Shown here one piece after another: positions 25,401 to 39,789 of a DNA stretch of 64,000 bases. Position numbers and translations under genes: made by a program. The stretch spans positions 9,548,001-9,612,000 of the forward strand of contig OZ193909.1 in assembly GCA_964276515.1 (NCBI GenBank), given 5' to 3'. Origin of the DNA: Gordius albopunctatus (Eukaryota). Numbering within the stretch: the stretch's first letter is position 1; the number at the start of each line of letters is the position of its first letter. The notes under the pieces were generated by a model that was not told where the DNA came from, did no database searches, and worked only from the letters and a program-made list of their open reading frames with translations.

Positions 25401-28275
25401 AGTTTTTGTGAAACAAGTTCTATGTGATCGTGATTCTAAGTTAATAATTTTTGAGGACTGATCAAAATTTTTTTTAACGAATTCACCTCTGATACCGAAA
25501 ACTTTCACGAGGGCTATATGCTTTAACAAAAAAAATTGACAAAAATTTTGAGGACGAAAAAAATATTTATTTTCATATTATTTGGAAAGGGAAGCTGAAA
25601 AAATCTTTAAAAGTCAGTAAATATTCTTAGCATTATGTCCTTGTTAAAATCCCGATAAGAATTTTTAAACGGGGGGAAGTTTTAGATTGAGAGAAATTAA
25701 ACTTTTCGTGTTGCGTTAAGATTGTTTCAAGATCGCTTTGTAATTTCGTCTATAGTTTTTGTGAAACAAGCTCTATGTGATGGTGAATTAAAGTAAATGA
25801 TTTTTGAGGACTGATCAAAAATTTTTTTTTAACGAATTCACCTCTGATATCGAAAACTTTCATGAGGGATATATGCTTTAACAAAAAAAATTGACAAAAA
25901 TTTTGAGGTCGAAAAAAATATTTATTTTCATTTATTTTCGAAAGCGGGGTGAAGAAATATTTAAAAGTTAGTAAATATTCTTAGCATTATGTCCTTGTTA
26001 GAATCTCGATAAGATTTTTGCACTGGGGGAAGTTTTAGATTGAGAGAAATTAAACTTTTTATGTTGCGTTTAGATTGTTTCTAAATCGATTTCTAATTTC
26101 GTCTTTAGTTTTTGTGAAACAAGCTCTATGTGATTATGATTCAAAGTTAATAATTTTTGAGGACTGATCAAAAATTTTTTTAACAGAATTCACTTCTGAT
26201 ATCGAAGGCTTTCATGAGGGCTATATGGTCTAACAAAAAAATTGAAAAAATTTTGAGGTCGAAAAAAATATTATTTTTCCTATTCTTTCAAAAGGGGGCT
26301 GAAAAAATCTTTAAAAGTTAGTAAATTTTCTTAGTATTATATCCTTGTTAGAATCTTGATAAGAAATTTTGCACTGGGGGAAGTTTTAGATTGAGAAAAA
26401 TTAAACTTTTTATGTTGCGTTTAGATTGTTTCAAAATCGCTTTCTAAGCCTGTCTTTAGTTTTTGTGAAACAAGCTCTATGTGATTATGATTCAAAGTTA
26501 ATAATTTTTGAGGACTGATCAAAATTTTTTTTTAACGAATTCACCTCTGATATCGAAAACTTTCATGACAGCTACATGGTTGAACAAAACAAATTGACAA
26601 GAATTTTGAGGTCGAAAAAAATATTTATTTTCATATTATTTGTAAAGGAAGCTGAAAAAATCTTTAAAAGTCAGTAAATATTCTTAGCATTATGTCCTTG
26701 TTAGAATCTCGATAAGATTTTTGCACTGGGGGAAGTTTTAGATTGAGAAAAATTAAACTTTTTATGTTGCGTTTAGATTGTTTCAAAATCGCTTTCTAAG
26801 CCTGTCTTTAGTTTTTGTGAAACAAGCTCTATGTGATTATGATTCAAAGTTAATAATTTTTGAGGACTGATCAAAATTTTTTTTTAACGAATTCACCTCT
26901 GATATCGAAAACTTTCATGACAGCTACATGGTTGAACAAAACAAATTGACAAAAATTTTGAGGACGAAAAAAATATTTATTTTCATATTATTTGGAAAGG
27001 GAAGCTGAAAAAATCTTTAAAAGTCAGTAAATATTCTTAGCATTATGTCCTTGTTAAAATCCCGATAAGAATTTTTAAACGGGGGGAAGTTTTAGATTGA
27101 GAGAAATTAAACTTTTCGTGTTGCGTTAAGATTGTTTCAAGATCGCTTTGTAATTTCGTCTATAGTTTTTGTGAAACAAGCTCTATGTGATGGTGAATTA
27201 AAGTAAATAATTTTTGAGGACTGATCAAAAATTTTTTTTTAACGAATTCACCTCTGATATCGAAAACTTTCATGAGGGATATATGCTTTAACAAAAAAAA
27301 TTGACAAAAATTTTGAGGTCGAAAAAAATATTTATTTTCATTTATTTTCGAAAGCGGGGTGAAGAAATATTTAAAAGTTAGTAAATATTCTTAGCATTAT
27401 GTCCTTGTTAGAATCTCGATAAGATTTTTGCACTGGGGGAAGTTTTAGATTGAGAGAAATTAAACTTTTTATGTTGCGTTTAGATTGTTTCTAAATCGAT
27501 TTCTAATTTCGTCTTTAGTTTTTGTGAAACAAGCTCTATGTGATTATGATTCAAAGTTAATAATTTTTGAGGACTGATCAAAAATTTTTCACTAATTGAC
27601 CTCTGATATCAAAAACTTTCATGACGGTTATATTGTTGAACAAAGAAATTGAAAAAATTTTGATGTCGAAAAAAATATTTATTTTCCTATTCTTTCGAAA
27701 GGGGGATGAAAAAATCTTTAAAATTTAGAAACTAAACTTTTCGGGTTGCGTTTAGATTGTTTCAAAATCGCTTTCTAAGCGTGTCTCTAGTTTTTGTGAA
27801 ACAAACTCTATTTGATCGTGATTTAAAGTTAATAATTTTTGAGGACTGATCAAAAAATTTTTCACTAATTGACCTCTCTGATATCAAAAACTTTCATGAC
27901 GGCTATATTGTTGAACAAAAAAATTGAAAAATTTTTGAAGTCGAAAAAAATATTTATTTTCATATTCTATCAAAAGGGGGCTGAAAGAATCTTTAAAAGT
28001 TAGTAAATATTCTTAGCATCATGTCCTTGTTAGAATCCGTATGATAATTTTTGCACGGGGTGAGGTTTTAGATTGAGAGAAACTAAACTTTTCGTGTTGC
28101 GTTTAGATTGTTTCAAAATCGCTTTCTAAGCGTGTCTCTAGTTTTTGAGAAACAAACTCTATTTGATCGTGATTTAAAGTTAATAATTTTTGAGGACGAT
28201 CAAAAATTTTTCACTAATTGACCTCTGATATCAAATCTTTCATGACGGCTATATTGTTGAACAAAAAAATTGAAA
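20731..28275. repeat. 11-monomer mixed B/C higher-order repeat, 3709 bp, 2 copies
   Basis: Markers offset by 3709: actggcgg 21607/25316, gacctctctg 24162/27871, aacagaattcactt ~22473/26182. Confidence 0.88.
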
Positions 28276-30524
28276 AAATTTTGATGTCGAAAAAAATATT
28301 TATTTTCATATTCTATCAAAAGGGGGCTGAAAGAATCTTTAAAAGTTAGTAAATATTCTTAGCATCATGTCCTTGTTAGAATCCGTATGATAATTTTTGC
28401 ATGGGGTGAGGTTTTAGATTGAGAGAAACTAAACTTTTCGTGTTGCGTTTAGATTGTTTCAAAATCGCTTTCTAAGCGTGTCTCTAGTTTTTGTGAATCA
28501 AACTCTATTTGATCGTGATTTAAAGTTAATAATTTTTGAGGACTGATCAAAAAATTTTTCACTAATTGACCTCTGATATCAAAAACTTTCATGACGGCTA
28601 TATTGTTGAACAAAAAAATTGAAAAATTTTTGAAGTCGAAAAAAATATTTATTTTCATATTCTATCAAAAGGGGGCTGAAAGAATCTTTAAAAGTTAGTA
28701 AATATTCTTAGCATCATGTCCTTGTTAGAATCCGTATGATAATTTTTGCATGGGGTGAGGTTTTAGATTGAGAGAAACTAAACTTTTCGTGTTGCGTTTA
28801 GATTGTTTCAAAATCGCTTTCTAAGCGTGTCTCTAGTTTTTGAGAAACAAACTCTATTTGATCGTGATTTAAAGTTAATAATTTTTGAGGACGATCAAAA
28901 ATTTTTCACTAATTGACCTCTGATATCAAAAACTTTCATGACGGCTATATTGTTGAACAAAAAAATTGAAAAAATTTTGATGTCGAAAAAAATATTTATT
29001 TTCCTATTCTTTCGAAAGGGGGATGAAAAAATCTTTAAAATTAAGAAACTAAACTTTTCGGGTTGCGTTAAGATTGTTTCAAAATCGCTTTCTAAGCGTG
29101 TCTCTAGTTTTTGAGAAACAAACTCTATTTGATCGTGATTTAAAGTTAAAAACTTTTGAGGACTGATCAAAAAATTTTTCACTAATTGACCTCTGATATC
29201 AAATCTTTCATGACGGCTATATTGTTGAACAAAAAAATTGAAAAAATTTTGATGTCGAAAAAAATATTTATTTTCCTATTCTTTCGAAAGGGGGATGAAA
29301 AAATCTTTAAAATTTAGAAACTAAACTTTTCGTGTTGCGTTTAGATTGTTTCAAAATCGCTTTCTAAGCGTGTCTCTAGTTTTTGTGAAACAAACTCTAT
29401 TTGATCGTGATTTAAAGTTAATAATTTTTGAGGACTGATCAAAAAATTTTTCACTAATTGACCTCTGATATCAAAAACTTTCATGACGGCTATATTGTTG
29501 AACAAAAAAATTGAAAAATTTTTGAAGTCGAAAAAAATATTTATTTTCATATTCTATCAAAAGGGGGCTGAAAGAATCTTTAAAAGTTAGTAAATATTCT
29601 TAGCATCATGTCCTTGTTAGAATCCGTATGATAATTTTTGCACGGGGTGAGGTTTTAGATTGAGAGAAACTAAACTTTTCGTGTTGCGTTTAGATTGTTT
29701 CAAAATCGCTTTCTAAGCGTGTCTCTAGTTTTTGAGAAACAAACTCTATTTGATCGTGATTTAAAGTTAATAATTTTTGAGGACGATCAAAAATTTTTCA
29801 CTAATTAACCTCTGATATCAAAAACTTTCATGACGGCTATATTGTTGAACAAAAAAATTGAAAAAACTTTGATGTCGAAAAAAATATTTATTTTCCTATT
29901 CTTTCGAAAGGGGGATGAAAAAATCTTTAAAATTAAGAAACTAAACTTTTCGGGTTGCGTTAAGATTGTTTCAAAATCGCTTTCTAAGCGTGTCTCTAGT
30001 TTTTGAGAAACAAACTCTATTTGATCGTGATTTAAAGTTAAAAACTTTTGAGGACTGATCAAAAAATTTTTCACTAATTGACCTCTGATATCAAATCTTT
30101 CATGACGGCTATATTGTTGAACAAAAAAATTGAAAAAATTTTGATGTCGAAAAAAATATTTATTTTCCTATTCTTTCGAAAGGGGGATGAAAAAATCTTT
30201 AAAATTAAGAAACTAAACTTTTCGGGTTGCGTTTAGATTGTTTCAAAATCGCTTTCTAAGCGTGTCTCTAGTTTTTGAGAAACAAACTCTATTTGATCGT
30301 GATTTAAAGTTAATAATTTTTGAGGACGATCAAAAATTTTTCACTAATTGACCTCTGATATCAAATCTTTCATGACGGCTATATTGTTGAACAAAAAAAT
30401 TGAAAAAATTTTGATGTCGAAAAAAATATTTATTTTCCTATTCTTTCGAAAGGGGGATGAAAAAATCTTTAAAATTTAGAAACTAAACTTTTCGTGTTGC
30501 GTTTAGATTGTTTCAAAATCGCTT

Positions 30525-31207
30525 TCTAATCGCGTCTCTAGTTTTTATGAAACAAGCTCTATGTGATTATGATTAAAAGTTAATAATTTTTGAGGACTGA
30601 TCAAAAATTATTTTTAACGAATTCACCTCTGACATCAAAAACTTTCACGAGGGCTATATGCTTTAACAAAAAAAATTGACAAAAATTTTGAGGTCGAAAA
30701 AAATGTTTATTTTCATATTCTTTCGAAAGGGGGCTGAAGAAATATTTAAAAGTCAGTAAATATTCTTAGCATTATGTCCTTGTTAAAATCTCGATAAGAA
30801 TTTTTTCACGGGGGGAAGTTTTAGATTGAGAGAAACTAAACTTTTTTTGTTGCGTTTAGATTGTTTCAAAATCGCTTTCTAAGCCTGTCTTTAGTTTTTG
30901 TGAAACAAGCTATATGTGATTATGATTCAAAGTTAATAATTTTTGAGGACTGATCAAAAAATTTTTTAACGAATTCACCTCTGACATCGAAAACTTTCAC
31001 GAGGGCTATATGCTCTAACAAAAAAAATTGACAAAAATTTTGAGGTCGAAAAAAATATTTATTTTCATATTATTTGGAAAGGGGGATGAAAAAATCTTTA
31101 AAAGTCAGTAAATATTCTTAGCATTATGTCCTTGTTAAAATCCCGATAAGAATTTTTGCACGGGGGGAAGTTTTGGATTGAGAGAAACTAAACTTTTCGT
31201 GTTGCGT
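30525..31207. repeat. Island of ~2 subfamily-A monomers (copy of ~14.87-15.55 kb)
   Basis: A-type k-mers reappear with the private variants aaaaatgttt, ctcgataag and ttttttgttg at offset 15,662 from the originals. Confidence 0.87.
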
Positions 31208-34200
31208 TTAGATTGTTTCAAAATCGCTTTCTAAGCGTGTCTCTAGTTTTTGTGAAACAAACTCTATTTGATCGTGATTTAAAGTTAATAATTTTTGAGG
31301 ACTGATCAAAAAATTTTTCACTAATTGACCTCTGATATCAAAAACTTTCATGACAGCTATATTGTTGAACAAAAAAATTGAAAAATTTTTGATGTCGAAA
31401 AAAATATTTATTTTCATATTCTATCAAAAGGGGGCTGAAAGAATCTTTAAAAGTTAGTAAATATTCTTAGCATCATGTCCTTGTTAGAATCCGTATGATA
31501 ATTTTTGCACGGGGTGAGGTTTTAGATTGAGAGAAACTAAACTTTTCGTGTTGCGTTTAGATTGTTTCAAAATCGCTTTGTAAGCGTGTCTCTAGTTTTT
31601 GAGAAACAAACTCTATTTGATCGTGATTTAAAGTTAATAATTTTTGAGGACTGATCAAAAAATTTTTCACTAATTGACATTTGATATCAAAAACTTTCAT
31701 GACGGCTATATTGTTGAACAAAAAAATTGAAAAAACTTTGATGTCGAAAAAAATATTTATTTTCCTATTCTTTCGAAAGGGGGATGAAAAAATCTCTAAA
31801 ATTTAGAAACTAAACTTTTTGTGTTGCGTTTAGATTGTTTCAAAATCGCTTTCTAAGCGTGTCTCTAGTTTTTGTGAAACAAACTCTATTTGATCGTGAT
31901 TTAAAGTTAAAAACTTTTGAGGACTGATCAAAAAATTTTTTAACGAATTCACCTCTGATATCGAAAACTTTCATGAGGGCTATATGCTTTAACAAAAAAA
32001 ATTGACAAAAATTTTGAGGTCGAAAAAAATATTTATTTTCATATTATTTGTAAAGGAAGCTGATAAAATCTTTAAAAGTTAGTAAATATTCTTAGCATTA
32101 TGTCCTTGTTAGAATCCCGATAAGATGTTTTCACTGGCGGAAGTTTTAGATTGAGAGAAATTAAACTTTTTATGTTGCGTTTAGATTGTTTCAAAATCGT
32201 TTTCTAAGCCTGTCTTTAGTTTTTGTGAAACAAGTTCTATGTGATCGTGATTCTAAGTTAATAATTTTTGAGGACTGATCAAATTTTTTTTTAACGAATT
32301 CACCTCTGATACCGAAAACTTTCACGAGGGCTATATGCTTTAACAAAAAAAATTGACAAAAATTTTGAGGACGAAAAAAATATTTATTTTCATATTATTT
32401 GGAAAGGGAAGCTGAAAAAATCTTTAAAAGTCAGTAAATATTCTTAGCATTATGTCCTTGTTAAAATCCCGATAAGAATTTTTAAACGGGGGGAAGTTTT
32501 AGATTGAGAGAAATTAAACTTTTCGTGTTGCGTTAAGATTGTTTCAAGATCGCTTTGTAATTTCGTCTATAGTTTTTGTGAAACAAGCTCTATGTGATGG
32601 TGAATTAAAGTAAATAATTTTTGAGGACTGATCAAAAATTTTTTTTTAACGAATTCACCTCTGATATCGAAAACTTACATGAGGGATATATGCTTTAACA
32701 AAAAAAATTGACAAAAATTTTGAGGTCGAAAAAAATATTTATTTTCATTTATTTTCGAAAGCGGGGTGAAGAAATATTTAAAAGTTAGTAAATATTCTTA
32801 GCATTATGTCCTTGTTAGAATCTCGATAAGATTTTTGCACTGGGGGAAGTTTTAGATTGAGAGAAATTAAACTTTTTATGTTGCGTTTAGATTGTTTCTA
32901 AATCGATTTCTAATTTCGTCTTTAGTTTTTGTGAAACAAGCTCTATGTGATTATGATTCAAAGTTAATAATTTTTGAGGACTGATCAAAAATTTTTCACT
33001 AATTGACCTCTGATATCAAAAACTTTCATGACGGTTATATTGTTGAACAAAGAAATTGAAAAAATTTTGATGTCGAAAAAAATATTTATTTTCCTATTCT
33101 TTCGAAAGGGGGATGAAAAAATCTTTAAAATTTAGAAACTAAACTTTTCGGGTTGCGTTTAGATTGTTTCAAAATCGCTTTCTAAGCGTGTCTCTAGTTT
33201 TTGTGAAACAAACTCTATTTGATCGTGATTTAAAGTTAATAATTTTTGAGGACGATCAAAAATTTTTCACTAATTGACCTCTGATATCAAAAACTTTCAT
33301 GACGGTTATATTGTTGAACAAAAAAATTGAAAAAATTTTGATGTCGAAAAAAATATTTATTTTCATATTCTATCAAAAGGGGGCTGAAAGAATCTTTAAA
33401 AGTTAGTAAATATTCTTAGCATCATGTCCTTGTTAGAATCCGTATGATAATTTTTGCACGGGGTGAGGTTTTAGATTGAGAGAAACTAAACTTTTCGTGT
33501 TGCGTTTAGATTGTTTCAAAATCGCTTTCTAAGCGTGTCTCTAGTTTTTGAGAAAGAAACTCTATTTATCGTGATTTAAAGTTAAAAACTTTTGAGGACT
33601 GATCAAAAAATTTTTTCACTAATTGACCTCTGATATCATAAACTTTCATGACGGCTATATTGTTGAACAAAAAAATTGAAAAAATTTTGATGTCGAAAAA
33701 AATATTTATTTTCATATTCTATCGAAAGGGTGCTGAAAGAATCTTTAAAATTTAGAAACTAAACTTTTCGTGTTGCGTTTAGATTGTTTCAAAATCGCTT
33801 TCTAAGCGTGTCTCTAGTTTTTGTGAAACAAACTCTATTTGATCGTGATTTAAAGTTAATAATTTTTGAGGACGATCAAAAATTTTTCACTAATTGACCT
33901 CTGATATCAAATCTTTCATGACGGCTATATTGTTGAACAAAAAAATTGAAAAATTTTTGAAGTCGAAAAAAATATTTATTTTCATATTCTATCAAAAGGG
34001 GGCTGAAAGAATCTTTAAAAGTTAGTAAATATTCTTAGCATCATGTCCTTGTTAGAATCCGTATGATAATTTTTGCACGGGGTGAGGTTTTAGATTGAGA
34101 GAAACTAAACTTTTCGTGTTGCGTTTAGATTGTTTCAAAATCGCTTTCTAAGCGTGTCTCTAGTTTTTGAGAAACAAACTCTATTTGATCGTGATTTAAA

Positions 34201-36960
34201 GTTAATAATTTTTGAGGACTGATCAAAAAATTTTTCACTAATTGACATTTGATATCAAAAACTTTCATGACGGCTATATTGTTGAACAAAAAAATTGAAA
34301 AAACTTTGATGTCGAAAAAAATATTTATTTTCCTATTCTTTCGAAAGGGGGATGAAAAAATCTCTAAAATTTAGAAACTAAACTTTTTGTGTTGCGTTTA
34401 GATTGTTTCAAAATCGCTTTCTAAGCGTGTTTCTAGTTTTTGTGAAACAAACTCTATTTGATCGTGATTTAAAGTTAAAAACTTTTGAGGACTGATCAAA
34501 AAATTTTTTAACGAATTCACCTCTGATATCGAAAACTTTCATGAGGGCTATATGCTTTAACAAAAAAAATTGACAAAAATTTTGAGGTCGAAAAAAATAT
34601 TTATTTTCATATTATTTGTAAAGGAAGCTGATAAAATCTTTAAAAGTTAGTAAATATTCTTAGCATTATGTCCTTGTTAGAATCCCGATAAGATGTTTTC
34701 ACTGGCGGAAGTTTTAGATTGAGAGAAATTAAACTTTTTATGTTGCGTTTAGATTGTTTCAAAATCGTTTTCTAAGCCTGTCTTTAGTTTTTGTGAAACA
34801 AGTTCTATGTGATCGTGATTCTAAGTTAATAATTTTTGAGGACTGATCAAAATTTTTTTTAACGAATTCACCTCTGATACCGAAAACTTTCACGAGGGCT
34901 ATATGCTTTAACAAAAAAAATTGACAAAAATTTTGAGGACGAAAAAAATATTTATTTTCATATTATTTGGAAAGGGAAGCTGAAAAAATCTTTAAAAGTC
35001 AGTAAATATTCTTAGCATTATGTCCTTGTTAAAATCCCGATAAGAATTTTTAAACGGGGGGAAGTTTTAGATTGAGAGAAATTAAACTTTTCGTGTTGCT
35101 TTAAGATTGTTTCAAGATCGCTTTGTAATTTCGTCTATAGTTTTTGTGAAACAAGCTCTATGTGATGGTGAATTAAAGTAAATGATTTTTGAGGACTGAT
35201 CAAAAATTTTTTTTTAACGAATTCACCTCTGATATCGAAAACTTTCATGAGGGATATATGCTTTAACAAAAAAAATTGACAAAAATTTTGAGGTCGAAAA
35301 AAATATTTATTTTCATTTATTTTCGAAAGCGGGGTGAAGAAATATTTAAAAGTTAGTAAATATTCTTAGCATTATGTCCTTGTTAGAATCTCGATAAGAT
35401 TTTTGCACTGGGGGAAGTTTTAGATTGAGAGAAATTAAACTTTTTATGTTGCGTTTAGATTGTTTCTAAATCGATTTCTAATTTCGTCTTTAGTTTTTGT
35501 GAAACAAGCTCTATGTGATTATGATTCAAAGTTAATAATTTTTGAGGACTGATCAAAAATTTTTTTAACAGAATTCACTTCTGATATCGAGGGCTATATG
35601 GTCTAACAAAAAAATTGAAAAAATTTTGAGGTCGAAAAAAATATTATTTTTCCTATTCTTTCAAAAGGGGGCTGAAAAAATCTTTAAAAGTTAGTAAATT
35701 TTCTTAGTATTATATCCTTGTTAGAATCTTGATAAGAAATTTTGCACTGGGGGAAGTTTTAGATTGAGAAAAATTAAACTTTTTATGTTGCGTTTAGATT
35801 GTTTCAAAATCGCTTTCTAAGCCTGTCTTTAGTTTTTGTGAAACAAGCTCTATGTGATTATGATTCAAAGTTAATAATTTTTGAGGACTGATCAAAATTT
35901 TTTTTTAACGAATTCACCTCTGATATCGAAAACTTTCATGACAGCTACATGGTTGAACAAAACAAATTGACAAGAATTTTGAGGTCGAAAAAAATATTTA
36001 TTTTCATATTATTTGTAAAGGAAGCTGAAAAAATCTTTAAAAGTCAGTAAATATTCTTAGCATTATGTCCTTGTTAGAATCTCGATAAGATTTTTGCACT
36101 GGGGGAAGTTTTAGATTGAGAAAAATTAAACTTTTTATGTTGCGTTTAGATTGTTTCAAAATCGCTTTCTAAGCCTGTCTTTAGTTTTTGTGAAACAAGC
36201 TCTATGTGATTATGATTCAAAGTTAATAATTTTTGAGGACTGATCAAAATTTTTTTTTAACGAATTCACCTCTGATATCGAAAACTTTCATGACAGCTAC
36301 ATGGTTGAACAAAACAAATTGACAAAAATTTTGAGGACGAAAAAAATATTTATTTTCATATTATTTGGAAAGGGAAGCTGAAAAAATCTTTAAAAGTCAG
36401 TAAATATTCTTAGCATTATGTCCTTGTTAAAATCCCGATAAGAATTTTTAAACGGGGGGAAGTTTTAGATTGAGAGAAATTAAACTTTTCGTGTTGCGTT
36501 AAGATTGTTTCAAGATCGCTTTGTAATTTCGTCTATAGTTTTTGTGAAACAAGCTCTATGTGATGGTGAATTAAAGTAAATAATTTTTGAGGACTGATCA
36601 AAAATTTTTTTTTAACGAATTCACCTCTGATATCGAAAACTTTCATGAGGGATATATGCTTTAACAAAAAAAATTGACAAAAATTTTGAGGTCGAAAAAA
36701 ATATTTATTTTCATTTATTTTCGAAAGCGGGGTGAAGAAATATTTAAAAGTTAGTAAATATTCTTAGCATTATGTCCTTGTTAGAATCTCGATAAGATTT
36801 TTGCACTGGGGGAAGTTTTAGATTGAGAGAAATTAAACTTTTTATGTTGCGTTTAGATTGTTTCTAAATCGATTTCTAATTTCGTCTTTAGTTTTTGTGA
36901 AACAAGCTCTATGTGATTATGATTCAAAGTTAATAATTTTTGAGGACTGATCAAAAATTT
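31208..36960. repeat. Second mixed B/C domain (duplicate of the 15.5-24 kb region with one fewer 2568-bp unit)
   Basis: actggcgg at 32133 and 34701 (period 2568). acttacat at 17011 and 32673. Confidence 0.87.
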
Positions 36961-39789
36961 TTCACTAATTGACCTCTGATATCAAAAACTTTCATGACGG
37001 TTATATTGTTGAACAAAGAAATTGAAAAAATTTTGATGTCGAAAAAAATATTTATTTTCCTATTCTTTCGAAAGGGGGATGAAAAAATCTTTAAAATTTA
37101 GAAACTAAACTTTTCGGGTTGCGTTTAGATTGTTTCAAAATCGCTTTCTAAGCGTGTCTCTAGTTTTTGTGAAACAAACTCTATTTGATCGTGATTTAAA
37201 GTTAATAATTTTTGAGGACTGATCAAAAAATTTTTCACTAATTGACCTCTCTGATATCAAAAACTTTCATGACGGCTATATTGTTGAACAAAAAAATTGA
37301 AAAATTTTTGAAGTCGAAAAAAATATTTATTTTCATATTCTATCAAAAGGGGGCTGAAAGAATCTTTAAAAGTTAGTAAATATTCTTAGCATCATGTCCT
37401 TGTTAGAATCCGTATGATAATTTTTGCACGGGGTGAGGTTTTAGATTGAGAGAAACTAAACTTTTCGTGTTGCGTTTAGATTGTTTCAAAATCGCTTTCT
37501 AAGCGTGTCTCTAGTTTTTGAGAAACAAACTCTATTTGATCGTGATTTAAAGTTAATAATTTTTGAGGACGATCAAAAATTTTTCACTAATTGACCTCTG
37601 ATATCAAATCTTTCATGACGGCTATATTGTTGAACAAAAAAATTGAAAAAATTTTGATGTCGAAAAAAATATTTATTTTCATATTCTATCAAAAGGGGGC
37701 TGAAAGAATCTTTAAAAGTTAGTAAATATTCTTAGCATCATGTCCTTGTTAGAATCCGTATGATAATTTTTGCATGGGGTGAGGTTTTAGATTGAGAGAA
37801 ACTAAACTTTTCGTGTTGCGTTTAGATTGTTTCAAAATCGCTTTCTAAGCGTGTCTCTAGTTTTTGTGAATCAAACTCTATTTGATCGTGATTTAAAGTT
37901 AATAATTTTTGAGGACTGATCAAAAAATTTTTCACTAATTGACCTCTGATATCAAAAACTTTCATGACGGCTATATTGTTGAACAAAAAAATTGAAAAAA
38001 TTTTGATGTCGAAAAAAATATTTATTTTCCTATTCTTTCGAAAGGGGGATGAAAAAATCTTTAAAATTTAGAAACTAAACTTTTCGGGTTGCGTTTAGAT
38101 TGTTTCAAAATCGCTTTCTAAGCGTGTCTCTAGTTTTTGTGAAACAAACTCTATTTGATCGTGATTTAAAGTTAATAATTTTTGAGGACTGATCAAAAAA
38201 TTTTTCACTAATTGACCTCTCTGATATCAAAAACTTTCATGACGGCTATATTGTTGAACAAAAAAATTGAAAAATTTTTGAAGTCGAAAAAAATATTTAT
38301 TTTCATATTCTATCAAAAGGGGGCTGAAAGAATCTTTAAAAGTTAGTAAATATTCTTAGCATCATGTCCTTGTTAGAATCCGTATGATAATTTTTGCACG
38401 GGGTGAGGTTTTAGATTGAGAGAAACTAAACTTTTCGTGTTGCGTTTAGATTGTTTCAAAATCGCTTTCTAAGCGTGTCTCTAGTTTTTGAGAAACAAAC
38501 TCTATTTGATCGTGATTTAAAGTTAATAATTTTTGAGGACGATCAAAAATTTTTCACTAATTGACCTCTGATATCAAATCTTTCATGACGGCTATATTGT
38601 TGAACAAAAAAATTGAAAAAATTTTGATGTCGAAAAAAATATTTGTTTTCATATTCTATCAAAAGGGGGCTGAAAGAATCTTTAAAAGTTAGTAAATATT
38701 CTTAGCATCATGTCCTTGTTAGAATCCGTATGATAATTTTTGCATGGGGTGAGGTTTTAGATTGAGAGAAACTAAACTTTTCGTGTTGCGTTTAGATTGT
38801 TTCAAAATCGCTTTCTAAGCGTGTCTCTAGTTTTTGTGAATCAAACTCTATTTGATCGTGATTTAAAGTTAATAATTTTTGAGGACTGATCAAAAAATTT
38901 TTCACTAATTGACCTCTGATATCAAAAACTTTCATGACGGCTATATTGTTGAACAAAAAAATTGAAAAATTTTTGAAGTCGAAAAAAATATTTATTTTCA
39001 TATTCTATCAAAAGGGGGCTGAAAGAATCTTTAAAAGTTAGTAAATATTCTTAGCATCATGTCCTTGTTAGAATCCGTATGATAATTTTTGCATGGGGTG
39101 AGGTTTTAGATTGAGAGAAACTAAACTTTTCGTGTTGCGTTTAGATTGTTTCAAAATCGCTTTCTAAGCGTGTCTCTAGTTTTTGAGAAACAAACTCTAT
39201 TTGATCGTGATTTAAAGTTAATAATTTTTGAGGACGATCAAAAATTTTTCACTAATTGACCTCTGATATCAAAAACTTTCATGACGGCTATATTGTTGAA
39301 CAAAAAAATTGAAAAAATTTTGATGTCGAAAAAAATATTTATTTTCCTATTCTTTCGAAAGGGGGATGAAAAAATCTTTAAAATTAAGAAACTAAACTTT
39401 TCGGGTTGCGTTAAGATTGTTTCAAAATCGCTTTCTAAGCGTGTCTCTAGTTTTTGAGAAACAAACTCTATTTGATCGTGATTTAAAGTTAAAAACTTTT
39501 GAGGACTGATCAAAAAATTTTTCACTAATTGACCTCTGATATCAAATCTTTCATGACGGCTATATTGTTGAACAAAAAAATTGAAAAAATTTTGATGTCG
39601 AAAAAAATATTTATTTTCCTATTCTTTCGAAAGGGGGATGAAAAAATCTTTAAAATTTAGAAACTAAACTTTTCGTGTTGCGTTTAGATTGTTTCAAAAT
39701 CGCTTTCTAAGCGTGTCTCTAGTTTTTGTGAAACAAACTCTATTTGATCGTGATTTAAAGTTAATAATTTTTGAGGACTGATCAAAAAA

